Positions 47,505 to 57,073 of a DNA stretch of 64,000 nucleotides are shown here, in pieces. The position numbers were made by a program, and so were the translations under genes. Source of the stretch: a virus. Taxonomy: Duplodnaviria; Caudoviricetes. Location: positions 65,647 through 129,646 of the IMG/VR virus record IMGVR_UViG_3300037455_000221; one strand, written 5' to 3'. Positions within the stretch are counted from its first letter, which is position 1; every line of letters starts with the position of its first letter. The notes under the pieces were generated by a model that was not told the origin of the DNA, ran no database searches, and saw nothing but the letters and a program-made list of their open reading frames with translations.

Positions 47505-47536
47505 TAAAAAAGCGGAGGATTATTCCTCCAGCTTTT
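47505..47536 (-). terminator. Intrinsic terminator
   Basis: AAAAGC(T)GGAGGA-ata-ATCCTCCGC followed by a T-run on the - strand. Confidence 0.6.
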
Positions 47537-47669
47537 CACGTAATGTCATGACTACATGGCCGTGTATTGCTAATAATACATTGACTATTTCAGCTGTTGT
47601 TGTGCCAAGTAGATTTGCTAGGCGGGTCAGCTCTGTCACGTCTTCATCGTAAACTTCAATCTTTGTCAT
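47520..47669 (-). CDS. Small hypothetical protein (49 aa, ribbon-helix-helix-like; not in ORF track)
   Basis: GGAG RBS; MTKIEVYDEDVTELTRLANLLGTTTAEIVNVLL... Confidence 0.45.
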   Translation of the reverse strand: MTKIEVYDEDVTELTRLANLLGTTTAEIVNVLLAIHGHVVMTLREKLEE

Positions 47670-47774
47670 TTTATATCTCCTATCTATCAATTCTATGTAA
47701 TATAAAAACTAAAGCAATAGCAATAACTATAACGATCTTCATGACCAACCACAGATCATTAAGCCAATTGTCAA

Positions 47775-48257
47775 CTAAAAACTCCATGGCTGCGCCTCCT
47801 TTACAAATATAAACCAATAATCATAATGACCGCGATCCCGGTTATAATAAAATAAATTAATTTGATCCGGGTCTTCAGGCTGCCAATAAAACAACCTCTC
47901 TCGCCAGGAACCATCTTTATATATCTCACGTTCAAATATCTCGCGCACTTTCTCGTCACATTCTTTTTGACTCATACCCCAAACACCTTGGCCAATTACG
48001 TCTACCCAGTTATTAAAAGATAAACGCTTTTCACTGGATCTCCAATTTTCCCATGCTTCACAGTATTCAGAAATAAGACATTCTCTATTACATGTACGAC
48101 ATTCCGGTGCATCGGAATCATACCATTGAGTCGTAAATTCAAAGATATGATAATGATTAAGAATTTTGAATGGGCTAAAGGATATAGGTTTGAGCTCCAT
48201 ATGATACCCAAACCTATCCTTTTCTTTCTCGATTAGTTCATTGTCAAGTTTCGTCAT
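47775..48257 (-). CDS. Hypothetical protein
   Basis: Coupled ORF. Confidence 0.55.
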   Translation of the reverse strand: MTKLDNELIEKEKDRFGYHMELKPISFSPFKILNHYHIFEFTTQWYDSDAPECRTCNRECLISEYCEAWENWRSSEKRLSFNNWVDVIGQGVWGMSQKECDEKVREIFEREIYKDGSWRERLFYWQPEDPDQINLFYYNRDRGHYDYWFIFVKEAQPWSF

Positions 48258-48534
48258 ATTCTCTATACCTATATCTTTTCTTAGCTTCGCTTATACTTCC
48301 CTGAAGCATAGAATAATCACTGTCACGTATAGCTTCATCAGTATAAGAAAGAATTATTGAGCTTTCTCCCAAACCGCCTCTATAATCCTTATGAGACACA
48401 ATAATAAGAAACATACCATCATATAGATCCCCATCATCATCATAGCTGCTGCAAGCATCCTTATTAATCATTGTCACATTCTCAAGATCATAAAGAACAG
48501 TCATGTTTTCGTCACAACAAATCATCTTAACCAT
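48244..48534 (-). CDS. Hypothetical protein
   Basis: AAGGAG RBS. Confidence 0.55.
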   Translation of the reverse strand: MVKMICCDENMTVLYDLENVTMINKDACSSYDDDGDLYDGMFLIIVSHKDYRGGLGESSIILSYTDEAIRDSDYSMLQGSISEAKKRYRYREYDET

Positions 48535-48586
48535 TATTTTTCTCCTTAACCTTTTTTTTTATTTTTTTCTTAAACTTACGGATTAC

Positions 48587-49825
48587 CTAAGCGATGCGCT
48601 TTTCTACTATATAGTTACTTTGTGGTTCTATTAACCTTAACTTCTTGTGACTAATAGAACCTTTGTTTACTTTTGTACCATCTAAGGTACGAATATCGAA
48701 GAAGCCGCTATTTCTACGACCAAATACGATATACGATTTACCTTGATACAAAACCCTATCATACATTCGATAACCCATTACATAATACATGGCTTGATTG
48801 CGTTTTCTGATACCACCTTTTAGGATTTTACACTTATGTATCTGTCTGTTGTGACAACGTACTTTCTTGTAATAGAAAACCTCTCCGCTGCTTTTAGCAT
48901 TAGGATTACCACTGATACAACGAGCATCTATATAATGATCTTTTGACAAACCGTTTTCTATACGAGTTTTTTTAGTGACATATCCATAGGTAAGTTTTAC
49001 ATATGGATATATTGTTTTTAGTTTCTCGTACAAAGCCCATCGCATGACACCCATAAATGTAGCATCTTTGAAAGACATTCCTCTATGTATTGTCTTGGGG
49101 AGCTTTACAGTTCCCCTATGGTATCCAGTATGACAAGTTTCACAGAGTGTAATAAGATTATTAGGTGCATTGCCACCTGTCTTTCTGCTTTCTATATGGT
49201 GAACATTAAGAATCTTATCTTTTGACTTTCCTTTGCAACATTGACAAGTATGTTCATCACGGTATAATACATACTCACGTACATTCCAAAAATCTAATTG
49301 TTCTCCTTGCTGGTAATCTGTACCGCTGATATTGGGATTTTTAATCCTCTGTATATCGAATGATGCCACCTCTACTACGATATTTGATATTGGAAGTATC
49401 TTGTGTACTTTTGCCACCATCGTAAGGTGTGAATCTACTTTCTGTCTAACAGAAGGTGTTAACCATCCATCACCACGCTTGCGATTATTAAATCGTGGTT
49501 TACGATAACGGGTTTTACGATTTCTGCGGGAACATCTTAATCCCCTACGAGTAGAAAGCAAATCTACTATATCGTTTCGCAATTCTACATCAGCTTCAAA
49601 AAGAACTTTGTTTTTTGTGGTTACTGATACACCAATATGTTTGTTTCCACTGTCTACGCCTAAAGTAATCTTTTGTGTATAATTCGTGCTATCATACGCT
49701 AACTGTATTGTAAACGGACATTTCTTTATTACCTTTGCCTTGCCTTGTTTTATAAGAACACGTACTTTAGCGCAGTTTTCCGTAGGCATTAAAGGTTGTC
49801 CGTTTTGATTTAATACGTAAACCAT
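48587..49825 (-). CDS. iscB: IscB RNA-guided endonuclease (IS200/IS605 OMEGA)
   Basis: PLMP N-terminus, RuvC-I GVDSG, Arg-rich bridge helix, RuvC-II VVEVASFD, HNH (CQCC, HHIESRK, NLITLCETCH), RuvC-III DHYIDA. Confidence 0.95.
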   Translation of the reverse strand: MVYVLNQNGQPLMPTENCAKVRVLIKQGKAKVIKKCPFTIQLAYDSTNYTQKITLGVDSGNKHIGVSVTTKNKVLFEADVELRNDIVDLLSTRRGLRCSRRNRKTRYRKPRFNNRKRGDGWLTPSVRQKVDSHLTMVAKVHKILPISNIVVEVASFDIQRIKNPNISGTDYQQGEQLDFWNVREYVLYRDEHTCQCCKGKSKDKILNVHHIESRKTGGNAPNNLITLCETCHTGYHRGTVKLPKTIHRGMSFKDATFMGVMRWALYEKLKTIYPYVKLTYGYVTKKTRIENGLSKDHYIDARCISGNPNAKSSGEVFYYKKVRCHNRQIHKCKILKGGIRKRNQAMYYVMGYRMYDRVLYQGKSYIVFGRRNSGFFDIRTLDGTKVNKGSISHKKLRLIEPQSNYIVEKRIA

Positions 49826-49849
49826 TACGCATTCTCCTTTTCAAAACCA

Positions 49850-50110
49850 TAAAAGGGTTTAATTACTCGCTCCGAAGAGCGGTTTGCGTACCATCGCCAA
49901 TGTTATCCAAAGGTTTGATATCTACAACACTATCCCTACCCAACAGGATTGTTTAATCATAGACCGCAGTGTTTAGGACTTGGTACTACATCCTAAAGTG
50001 CCTATACATTCTTTGGTAACGTAGTCCTTGAAAGACTTAGGCTATTAAACTTGGAATACTAACAGCCGTAGGCTGCTAAAATTCCCAAAGCTTCAGCTTC
50101 GTGGATAGTT
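49850..50110 (-). ncRNA. omegaRNA (HEARO-type) scaffold of IscB
   Basis: 5' end hairpin AACTATCCACGAAGCTGAAGCTTTGGG; AGCCTAAG..CTACGTT, ATAGGCAC, CACTGCG, ATTAAACA, AACATTGGCGATG landmarks upstream of iscB. Confidence 0.88.
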
Positions 50111-50493
50111 TAATTAATTCTTTGCAGTACTTGCACATCGCTTTTATCCTCTACATCACTAAACAAATACTCAGGGTAAGTTATGTATTGATCAACACGG
50201 CGTTTAATTTCCTGGCTTTTATCTGCCAGAGTAAATGATTTCTTGTGCATTTTGTCGAGATCCTCATAACCATACGGAAATTCCGCACGGAAATGGCGTC
50301 CGTCAACTATCTCTCCATTGTCTGCCCAATCAATATATTCTTTACAATCATCACCAAGAATATTAAAGTCTCCGCCAAGCTCATAACATAAGTCCATTGC
50401 GAACTCAACACGAGGTCTGGGATCATCTGCCCAGTTACCACGTACATCCCTGAGCAGACAATCAATCATAAATATTTTTTCATTCTTAGTCAT
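50110..50493 (-). CDS. Hypothetical protein
   Basis: Member of the coupled small-ORF array. Confidence 0.6.
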   Translation of the reverse strand: MTKNEKIFMIDCLLRDVRGNWADDPRPRVEFAMDLCYELGGDFNILGDDCKEYIDWADNGEIVDGRHFRAEFPYGYEDLDKMHKKSFTLADKSQEIKRRVDQYITYPEYLFSDVEDKSDVQVLQRIN

Positions 50494-50687
50494 GCAATCT
50501 TATCCTCACTCATAAGATGTGTAATTATAGCTTCTCGAATCCACTGTACAAACACAGCAACACCAAGTACGATTGCCGCTACTTTATGATGAGAACTAAT
50601 TGCCATAACAAAACATGCGGGAACCAGTATATCAATACTAGCTAAAGTCAAAGAGCCTACTATCTTCACAAAATCATGCATCTTCAT
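50490..50687 (-). CDS. Small membrane protein
   Basis: Two hydrophobic segments. Confidence 0.55.
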   Translation of the reverse strand: MKMHDFVKIVGSLTLASIDILVPACFVMAISSHHKVAAIVLGVAVFVQWIREAIITHLMSEDKIA

Positions 50688-50901
50688 TAGTTTCTTCCTC
50701 CTTATCCTCTTCTTCCGGCATTGATAATGGTGCCAATAAACTTGCTAATCTACCCTCTAATGAATAAACGCCAAGTGCAAACCCGAATGCCATGTCATTT
50801 GAAGTAATTCCACACTTATCAGGATGTGTTAATATATTTTGTATTGTGTCATGTACAATAAGTTTCAACTCAATATCACTAATCATCTTCATACTCTCCA
50901 T
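50674..50901 (-). CDS. Hypothetical protein
   Basis: Coupled ORF. Confidence 0.55.
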   Translation of the reverse strand: MESMKMISDIELKLIVHDTIQNILTHPDKCGITSNDMAFGFALGVYSLEGRLASLLAPLSMPEEEDKEEETNEDA

Positions 50902-51163
50902 CGTAATTTAATATTTCAAGTGCTTCACCAATCGCAATTGTTTTTGCTTTAAATATTAATTTAGTATCATGATCCTCAGCTTTATCAGCTGCCAGGCTGT
51001 ATGCTTTACGTTTATCAACTAGTTGACGCTTTACATAATCCATAAAGTGAGGACATATCTTTTCATCACATTGGTACTCATTCCAGATATCTTCAACATA
51101 CATACATTCACAACTGGCACATGGTTCGTTACACATATAATCTTCATCCGTCAAAACTCTCAT
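50879..51163 (-). CDS. Hypothetical Cys-rich protein
   Basis: AAGGAG RBS; follows a promoter. Confidence 0.6.
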   Translation of the reverse strand: MRVLTDEDYMCNEPCASCECMYVEDIWNEYQCDEKICPHFMDYVKRQLVDKRKAYSLAADKAEDHDTKLIFKAKTIAIGEALEILNYDGEYEDD

Positions 51164-51215
51164 GTCATATTTGTTCTCCTTTATTTAATTGTTATTGTGG
51201 TTATTCCACTCTTTT

Positions 51216-51244
51216 ATTATATATGTTGTATGTTGTTATGTCAA
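51216..51244 (-). promoter_or_regulatory. Consensus sigmaA promoter
   Basis: TTGACA-17 nt-TATAAT. Confidence 0.75.
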
Positions 51245-51513
51245 CTATAATCTTCCGGAACTACAGCAAATTCCTGGAATGATCCATCTTCATAGAACTT
51301 TATCCAAAAGTCCTGAGCGCCGTCACAATAAAAGGGATCTATATTAATCACACCTTTGTCTACAGTATACTGTACATCAAGTTTATTTAGCAGCTTACAG
51401 ATCTTTTTCATATCCCGGCTCTTTTTTCTCATTGATGATCTGGCGTCAATATAGTTAAATGTCAATATAGAACCCATAATAAATCCACCTATAAAACAAA
51501 ATATAGAATACAT
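51241..51513 (-). CDS. Hypothetical protein with N-terminal TM
   Basis: Hydrophobic N-terminus. Confidence 0.55.
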   Translation of the reverse strand: MYSIFCFIGGFIMGSILTFNYIDARSSMRKKSRDMKKICKLLNKLDVQYTVDKGVINIDPFYCDGAQDFWIKFYEDGSFQEFAVVPEDYS

Positions 51514-51514
51514 A

Positions 51515-51799
51515 TCACATACCTACCATTGCGCCGCAAAATGCACAGAAGGGAGTGAGCTCTTCATTCTGTATATCCTCATTGTAGTTAGCCTTATGCT
51601 GACAATGGCTACATCTATGACGACCATCCATATCAGCTACCCACGTTGCGTGTATATTCTCACGACAATCTGCAGTTTCCTCTCTGTTGATATAGTCAAC
51701 AAGAGCGCCGGTACTCTGATCGGTATTACTCCAGAGGTCATTAAATGTAGGGTCTACAGCCCTCATAATCACATGATCCGCACTAATCATTCTTGCCAT
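51515..51799 (-). CDS. Zn-ribbon mosaic protein
   Basis: RMISAD...ADCRENIHATW..CSHC..FCAFCGAM. Confidence 0.65.
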   Translation of the reverse strand: MARMISADHVIMRAVDPTFNDLWSNTDQSTGALVDYINREETADCRENIHATWVADMDGRHRCSHCQHKANYNEDIQNEELTPFCAFCGAMVGM

Positions 51800-51947
51800 A
51801 ATTAATCTCCTTTTCTTAATCCACTACCATAATCATTCATCCTTAGCTTCTAGTTCCCTGATCTTCTTTTCGAGTTCTTCAATCTTGGCATGAGCTTCTT
51901 CTAACTGTTCAAGAAGATACCAATTATTACTATAGCCATATCTTTCC

Positions 51948-52232
51948 TTAATCATTGTCTTCTCCTTTATAAGAGGCATTCCACCATTTATCATCTACTA
52001 CAATATCAATGCATTTTCCTTCATACTCTGTAGCACCTATCATGTTTCCAACATACTTGAGCTCTGTTTCGGGAAATAAGATCTCGAATACCTGTCTATT
52101 AGGGGTATTATCCGGAATAGGTACACCGTTTGTAATAACTTCTAACGGTATCTGAATTACATCTTCATATTTAACATCAATTATCTGTGACGCCTTATAC
52201 ACTGCGTCAGGTATGTCAATCAGCACCTTCAT
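51948..52232 (-). CDS. Hypothetical mosaic protein
   Basis: AAGGAG RBS; MKVLIDIP...NGVPIP...WWNASYKGE. Confidence 0.6.
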   Translation of the reverse strand: MKVLIDIPDAVYKASQIIDVKYEDVIQIPLEVITNGVPIPDNTPNRQVFEILFPETELKYVGNMIGATEYEGKCIDIVVDDKWWNASYKGEDND

Positions 52233-52386
52233 CTGTATCTCCTTTGTAGGGTGCATCTTCTATCTGCCTATTCTGCAAGGCACGAGATGCACTTCCCAAC
52301 CATAACTTGAATTTTTCGAGATATAGTTTTTCTAATCCCTCGTCAAAGCCATCATCTTTTGTTTCCATTTAGACTCTATATCCTCC

Positions 52387-52986
52387 TTAGAATGGCAGAT
52401 TATCTATGTCTTCTGCTTCTACAATATCTCTATACATTTCGTTAACACTATTACTATGACCAATCTTAGTTATCCTATCCTTAGTAACCACATTGGTTGT
52501 TGTTCCATTACAAAGTAAAAATAAATCTTCACCATTCTCACCTTTAGTACTATGAAGTATAGCAGCCTTACCAAACTCCCAAGTAGATACGATGTCACCA
52601 ATTCTAAACTCAGGATTCTCTGTTTTGTTTTTTACCCATTCGTAATGTTTATTACGAAGCTCTTTAAGGCTATAACTTCTAAGCAGATCACATTTGTCTT
52701 CATAACAACACACATTTACTCCATAAATTTCTGTCATATCTTTAAAAGACAGTTTTAAAAATGCCTTCATAAATTCATCAGCATCTTTCCAAGCCATTCC
52801 ATATCCATCGTCAAAGCCGGCCTGCCACATTTTAGTAACTGTTTCATCACAGCCACGCTCATAAGCATCGTCTACTTTTGCATCTACATCCTTTGAGGCG
52901 TCTGCAAAACCCTGATCATAGAGTGAAGCAAGTGCCTCATTAAAATTCTTTGTAAATCCTTCAATGCGTTCCTTATGATCTTTCAT
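52387..52986 (-). CDS. Hypothetical protein
   Basis: AAGGAG RBS. Confidence 0.65.
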   Translation of the reverse strand: MKDHKERIEGFTKNFNEALASLYDQGFADASKDVDAKVDDAYERGCDETVTKMWQAGFDDGYGMAWKDADEFMKAFLKLSFKDMTEIYGVNVCCYEDKCDLLRSYSLKELRNKHYEWVKNKTENPEFRIGDIVSTWEFGKAAILHSTKGENGEDLFLLCNGTTTNVVTKDRITKIGHSNSVNEMYRDIVEAEDIDNLPF

Positions 52987-53126
52987 CCTTATCTCCTTTT
53001 ATCTCTAAACTAATCCATGCACCGGCTAAAATTATTGCATATATAGTAGCATAGTCCCAATTAGCATTAAGGGCTCCAAGCGCCATTCCAATAGAAGCCA
53101 CTATAACCATAAAATAATAATAAACT

Positions 53127-53414
53127 TTACTCATGTGTTTCTCCTTTATATGGTGCGGGCTTATGCATCCAGGCTATCAGATCTCCCATATCCTCATAGT
53201 CTTCAAAATAATTTCCGAATATACTATCTTCATAAAATGTAGTCATACCAACATAGTCAAACGGAGTATTTACCAATACCTCTTCGCCATCTTCCGGCAG
53301 TGGGCAATCAAACATGTAATCAAATTCTTCCGGATCACAGCCAGTCTGATCTGCGTAATATTGTTTTTCTTCTTCTGTCATTTCGCGGTACTTAATTGGG
53401 ATCCATTCTGACAT
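53127..53414 (-). CDS. DUF551-like protein
   Basis: MSEWIP...LPEDGEEVLV...IAWM..P.PY. Confidence 0.65.
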   Translation of the reverse strand: MSEWIPIKYREMTEEEKQYYADQTGCDPEEFDYMFDCPLPEDGEEVLVNTPFDYVGMTTFYEDSIFGNYFEDYEDMGDLIAWMHKPAPYKGETHE

Positions 53415-53668
53415 TGTGGTATCGCTCCTTTCTTGAGCATGTTAAGTGTATAAGGATTCATGTATAAACAATTATCTATTAAGACACAATATATTTCATA
53501 CCAGGGCTTATAGCCATAACGTTTACGCCACTTCTTATTGATACGATTCTTCTTATGTGTGCGTTTAGGTACGTATCCGATCACACCTATATTAGGATTC
53601 ATTATTATTGGAATGCCTGAGTATTTTCCAAAGATTCCATTAACATCATTTGTCGTCATGTGCACCAT
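53378..53668 (-). CDS. Hypothetical protein
   Basis: RTHKKNRINKKWRKRYG phage motif. Confidence 0.6.
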   Translation of the reverse strand: MVHMTTNDVNGIFGKYSGIPIIMNPNIGVIGYVPKRTHKKNRINKKWRKRYGYKPWYEIYCVLIDNCLYMNPYTLNMLKKGAIPQCQNGSQLSTAK

Positions 53669-53840
53669 CTTGCCACTCCATTTCTCTTCTCACTTTTAGT
53701 ATTGCACGTCTACATTTATCACAGATCCCATGGCCTACATACTCAAGGCCTTCGCCACAGATTAAGCATGGCGAAACTTCTTTATAAAAATCGTTTGGTT
53801 TAAAAATTACTTTTGTTGTAGTTGTTTTTGTGTCAAGCAT
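53646..53840 (-). CDS. Small Zn-finger protein
   Basis: CLICG...ICDKC. Confidence 0.55.
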   Translation of the reverse strand: MLDTKTTTTKVIFKPNDFYKEVSPCLICGEGLEYVGHGICDKCRRAILKVRREMEWQDGAHDDK

Positions 53841-54252
53841 TTCTATACGCCTCTCTATTTTTTACTGTGCCAACTAGTGTTGATAATCCTTCGTTCTCTA
53901 TATGTACCGGACTTCTAAATGTAAATGCTGGTACACCATAAATAGATTTAATATCAAATGTCATTATTCCATAAAAGTTTTTCAAATCTAAATCAAAGAT
54001 ATCAGGACAATCAGACACTTTGTACCATTGCTTATCTTCATTAGAATATCCAAGAATAAGAATGCGATCATAACCATTTACACCAAAGAAACCATCATAC
54101 TTTCCATTGGGTACAAGCATTAATATTTCATAATCACCAATAGTTCTTTCCGGAGCCTCTGCAATCAGATCCCGCAGTGCTTTTCTGCGATAAATAGGTT
54201 CTTCAGTTTCTTCAGACTTCTTCTCAAATAGAAAATCCCAATGTTCTTTCAT
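53833..54252 (-). CDS. Hypothetical protein
   Basis: Coupled ORF. Confidence 0.6.
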   Translation of the reverse strand: MKEHWDFLFEKKSEETEEPIYRRKALRDLIAEAPERTIGDYEILMLVPNGKYDGFFGVNGYDRILILGYSNEDKQWYKVSDCPDIFDLDLKNFYGIMTFDIKSIYGVPAFTFRSPVHIENEGLSTLVGTVKNREAYRNA

Positions 54253-54512
54253 ATCTCATCTTCCTCCGTCCATGTAATATTACATTTGTCACAATGTAGT
54301 TTTATTTTTAATGTTTGAAATAACACCACATCATGTCCTACAAGGCGCTTATTTACTGAAATCATTTGCGGAGCAAATGTATCATAGTTTTGTTTGCCGC
54401 ACACCGGGCAACAATACGGCTCTTTATATTCCATATCAGTCTCCTTATTAAAATAGAGGGTGGAAACTTCCCGACCCTCTATTACTATATCATTCAATTG
54501 TATTTGTGTCAA
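54249..54512 (-). CDS. Small Zn-ribbon protein
   Basis: CPVCG...CDKC; start uncertain. Confidence 0.5.
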   Translation of the reverse strand: MTQIQLNDIVIEGREVSTLYFNKETDMEYKEPYCCPVCGKQNYDTFAPQMISVNKRLVGHDVVLFQTLKIKLHCDKCNITWTEEDEI

Positions 54513-54894
54513 GTGGAATATACTGTAATGCTTCTACTCTTTTCCTGGAATAAAACCAGTTAGTCCAAGGATTATTAGCCCAGTACTTAGAATTATATAC
54601 TTCAATATTCCATTCCGTTACATCTTTAATTACTTCAGACTTTGATACATCTTCGTACTCAGACTGGATTACTTCAAGGCGACGACATAGCCCCTCGTAC
54701 TGCATAAGATCCTTAGCTATCTTATGTTCAACACTTACATGTGCATATATAATCATGATCATGCAAACTATGATGGCCGTTTCGCTAAGCAGCATCATCA
54801 TTATTCCAAAAAAATCAACTTCATCATACTCATGCCTTCTTGTGATAATAAATCCGATAATAAATAATATTACCAGCAAAATCATAATAATCAT
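54490..54894 (-). CDS. Membrane protein
   Basis: GGAGG RBS; two TMs; W.NNPWTNWF motif. Confidence 0.65.
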   Translation of the reverse strand: MIIMILLVILFIIGFIITRRHEYDEVDFFGIMMMLLSETAIIVCMIMIIYAHVSVEHKIAKDLMQYEGLCRRLEVIQSEYEDVSKSEVIKDVTEWNIEVYNSKYWANNPWTNWFYSRKRVEALQYIPLDTNTIE

Positions 54895-54907
54895 CTTTCT
54901 TCCTCCT

Positions 54908-55363
54908 TTAATGTCCAAAATACAGCAGAAATTTATATATTGATTTATTGAGTTCCGCATCTTTCAATTCTCTTATTTTATTATTATTTGACACATATAC
55001 ATTGATTTCTTCCTTGATCAATTCATCTGAACTTAATTCCGGATATAAAGATATCAGAGTCATAGCATCATCACTAGGAGCTACCTCGTAAATAATATCC
55101 TTCTCGTATTCCATATACTTAGCGACTGTACTGCTGACTCGCTCCTCGATGATCGCGTTTTCTTCTTGATACATAGCAATCTTATTAGGTATCGCACAAG
55201 CGGCAATAAACAAATTAACAAGCAATATTATCATACCGACGATACACATTAAATCTATAGTAATCATTACAGCAAGGGACTCATCGTAATCTGCTCCATG
55301 ATTATTGGCGCAAATCATTGCAATTATTATAATGGTAAATACAATAAAAAATAAAGTTATCAT
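54908..55363 (-). CDS. Membrane protein
   Basis: Two TMs; LYPELSSD...Y..NN.KI..LK motif. Confidence 0.65.
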   Translation of the reverse strand: MITLFFIVFTIIIIAMICANNHGADYDESLAVMITIDLMCIVGMIILLVNLFIAACAIPNKIAMYQEENAIIEERVSSTVAKYMEYEKDIIYEVAPSDDAMTLISLYPELSSDELIKEEINVYVSNNNKIRELKDAELNKSIYKFLLYFGH

Positions 55364-55366
55364 ATA

Positions 55367-55549
55367 TTAATCCTCCACAATTTCAAATTTTACGCTCTGA
55401 TCAGTAAGTATACGGTATAGATCTCTAGCCTTGTCACCAATACAGCCGCGCAACATAGAAGTCGTACTTTTCCCGGGCTTAAGTACTACAATAACCGGGA
55501 AGTCTTTGTCTGAATCATCATATGATACAGTAAGATAATCTATTTTCAT
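55367..55549 (-). CDS. Hypothetical protein
   Basis: Coupled ORF. Confidence 0.5.
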   Translation of the reverse strand: MKIDYLTVSYDDSDKDFPVIVVLKPGKSTTSMLRGCIGDKARDLYRILTDQSVKFEIVED

Positions 55550-55950
55550 TCTTCTATCCCCAACTTAATAAAGTGGCCATACTCACCATCGTCAATAAGC
55601 AATATCTTTCCGTTCTTAAGAGCTTCAATATCCTGAGGTGTGATAATAGTATAGGTATTTCCATACTTAGACTGACTATGGATAATATCCTCGGGTTCAA
55701 TTATTGCTAGATCATTGTAAAATTTAGGCATCACAACTGATTCCTTTTTCATTTCACACTTCTCAATAAGATCATCGCCACAAAAATAATAATCATTCAT
55801 AGCATCTGAGTACCATGTACCCTCGGAATATATGTCAACAGCATACTTAGTTTCCGGGGGACGGTACTCATTTATGTTTATTATCTTGACCGGATAATCC
55901 TTTCCATTACTTGAGTGAAGGATAAGTTCATCACCTACTTTAACATTCAT
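55546..55950 (-). CDS. Hypothetical protein
   Basis: AAGGAG RBS. Confidence 0.6.
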   Translation of the reverse strand: MNVKVGDELILHSSNGKDYPVKIININEYRPPETKYAVDIYSEGTWYSDAMNDYYFCGDDLIEKCEMKKESVVMPKFYNDLAIIEPEDIIHSQSKYGNTYTIITPQDIEALKNGKILLIDDGEYGHFIKLGIEE

Positions 55951-56106
55951 CGTTATTCTCCTTTATACCTAATACTTCGTCTATCGCTTCTTCCAGCGCT
56001 TTAAAGAATGAATCCTCTTCTATCAATATTGGCGTATCACCATTAGGGATTTGGATCACTCTCTGATCAGGATTATATCTTAACTTTGGTACTTTGTCAA
56101 CTTTCA

Positions 56107-56505
56107 TTATGATACCTCTCTTTCACTCCACACTTTAGCTCCGCAGCATCCGCAGCGCACATAAGGAATATGTTCGTCACCATCTAATAGACCGCCGCAG
56201 TTAGGACAGTTTGTTTTATGGATGAAGATAGGATTATTGCATTGATAATAACATGAGTCTACAGCGTATGACTCACTTAATAATTTATCCCAATTAGTTG
56301 CTACCGTTATAGTATTTAAGTTCGCATCGACTTTATCTATGCGCTCAAGTAAAGCGTTGTGCTTTTCCACCATCGCCGGTATCTTCTCTTCCATTTCCTT
56401 CATTAAGCTCAGCATTAGTTTTCCTCTTCCATTTGCTTTCGTACTTCTTCTATCTGTGAATATTAATGGCATCTTTATATCCAGCGCTATATCTTTCTGA
56501 GCCAA
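56107..56505 (-). CDS. Zn-ribbon protein
   Basis: CPNCGG...CGCCG; start uncertain. Confidence 0.5.
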   Translation of the reverse strand: MAQKDIALDIKMPLIFTDRRSTKANGRGKLMLSLMKEMEEKIPAMVEKHNALLERIDKVDANLNTITVATNWDKLLSESYAVDSCYYQCNNPIFIHKTNCPNCGGLLDGDEHIPYVRCGCCGAKVWSEREVS

Positions 56506-56541
56506 ATGTTTTTATGTTATCTATTATTTTTTCTTCATCCA

Positions 56542-56796
56542 TTATATTGTTCCTCCGCTTTCAAAATATTCCATCGGTATATCTTCTTCTATAGCTGCAT
56601 GTAATTTCTCTTTTATCCCCGGATACGCATCCTCTGCCATCGAGGTATTATCTATTGCCTTGTGGAGAATATCTTTTGCCATATCATTTAATCCTTTTTC
56701 ATATCCATCAAGATATGCACCGATGATCCCGATGGGTGTGTGCCATCCGTCGTTTCCGGATAGCTTAGTATATTTTTCTATTTCATCTCTCAGCAT
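56542..56796 (-). CDS. Hypothetical protein
   Basis: Likely start MLRDEIEK. Confidence 0.5.
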   Translation of the reverse strand: MLRDEIEKYTKLSGNDGWHTPIGIIGAYLDGYEKGLNDMAKDILHKAIDNTSMAEDAYPGIKEKLHAAIEEDIPMEYFESGGTI

Positions 56797-57073
56797 TTGC
56801 GTTACCTCGCATATCCGAACCACAGTTAGGGCAAAACTTTGTTTTATTAATTACTCCGTAACCACTTGCAGAATAAACATCACCATCACTAACATATTCG
56901 AATGGTGGCGGGCAACCACATTTAGAACAAAATACTTTACGACTCCATTCATTTATATTTTCTTCAATCCAATGTCCTTTTGGAAGTGGAGTGCCATATG
57001 CTAACACCCATCTTTCATGGTCATTCTTTGGTGTTTTGGGTATCTCTATAATGAGTTTTACTGTATCACTCAT
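56783..57073 (-). CDS. Zn-ribbon mosaic protein
   Basis: KLIIEIP...GTPLPKGHWI..CSKCG..FCPNCG. Confidence 0.65.
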   Translation of the reverse strand: MSDTVKLIIEIPKTPKNDHERWVLAYGTPLPKGHWIEENINEWSRKVFCSKCGCPPPFEYVSDGDVYSASGYGVINKTKFCPNCGSDMRGNANAER

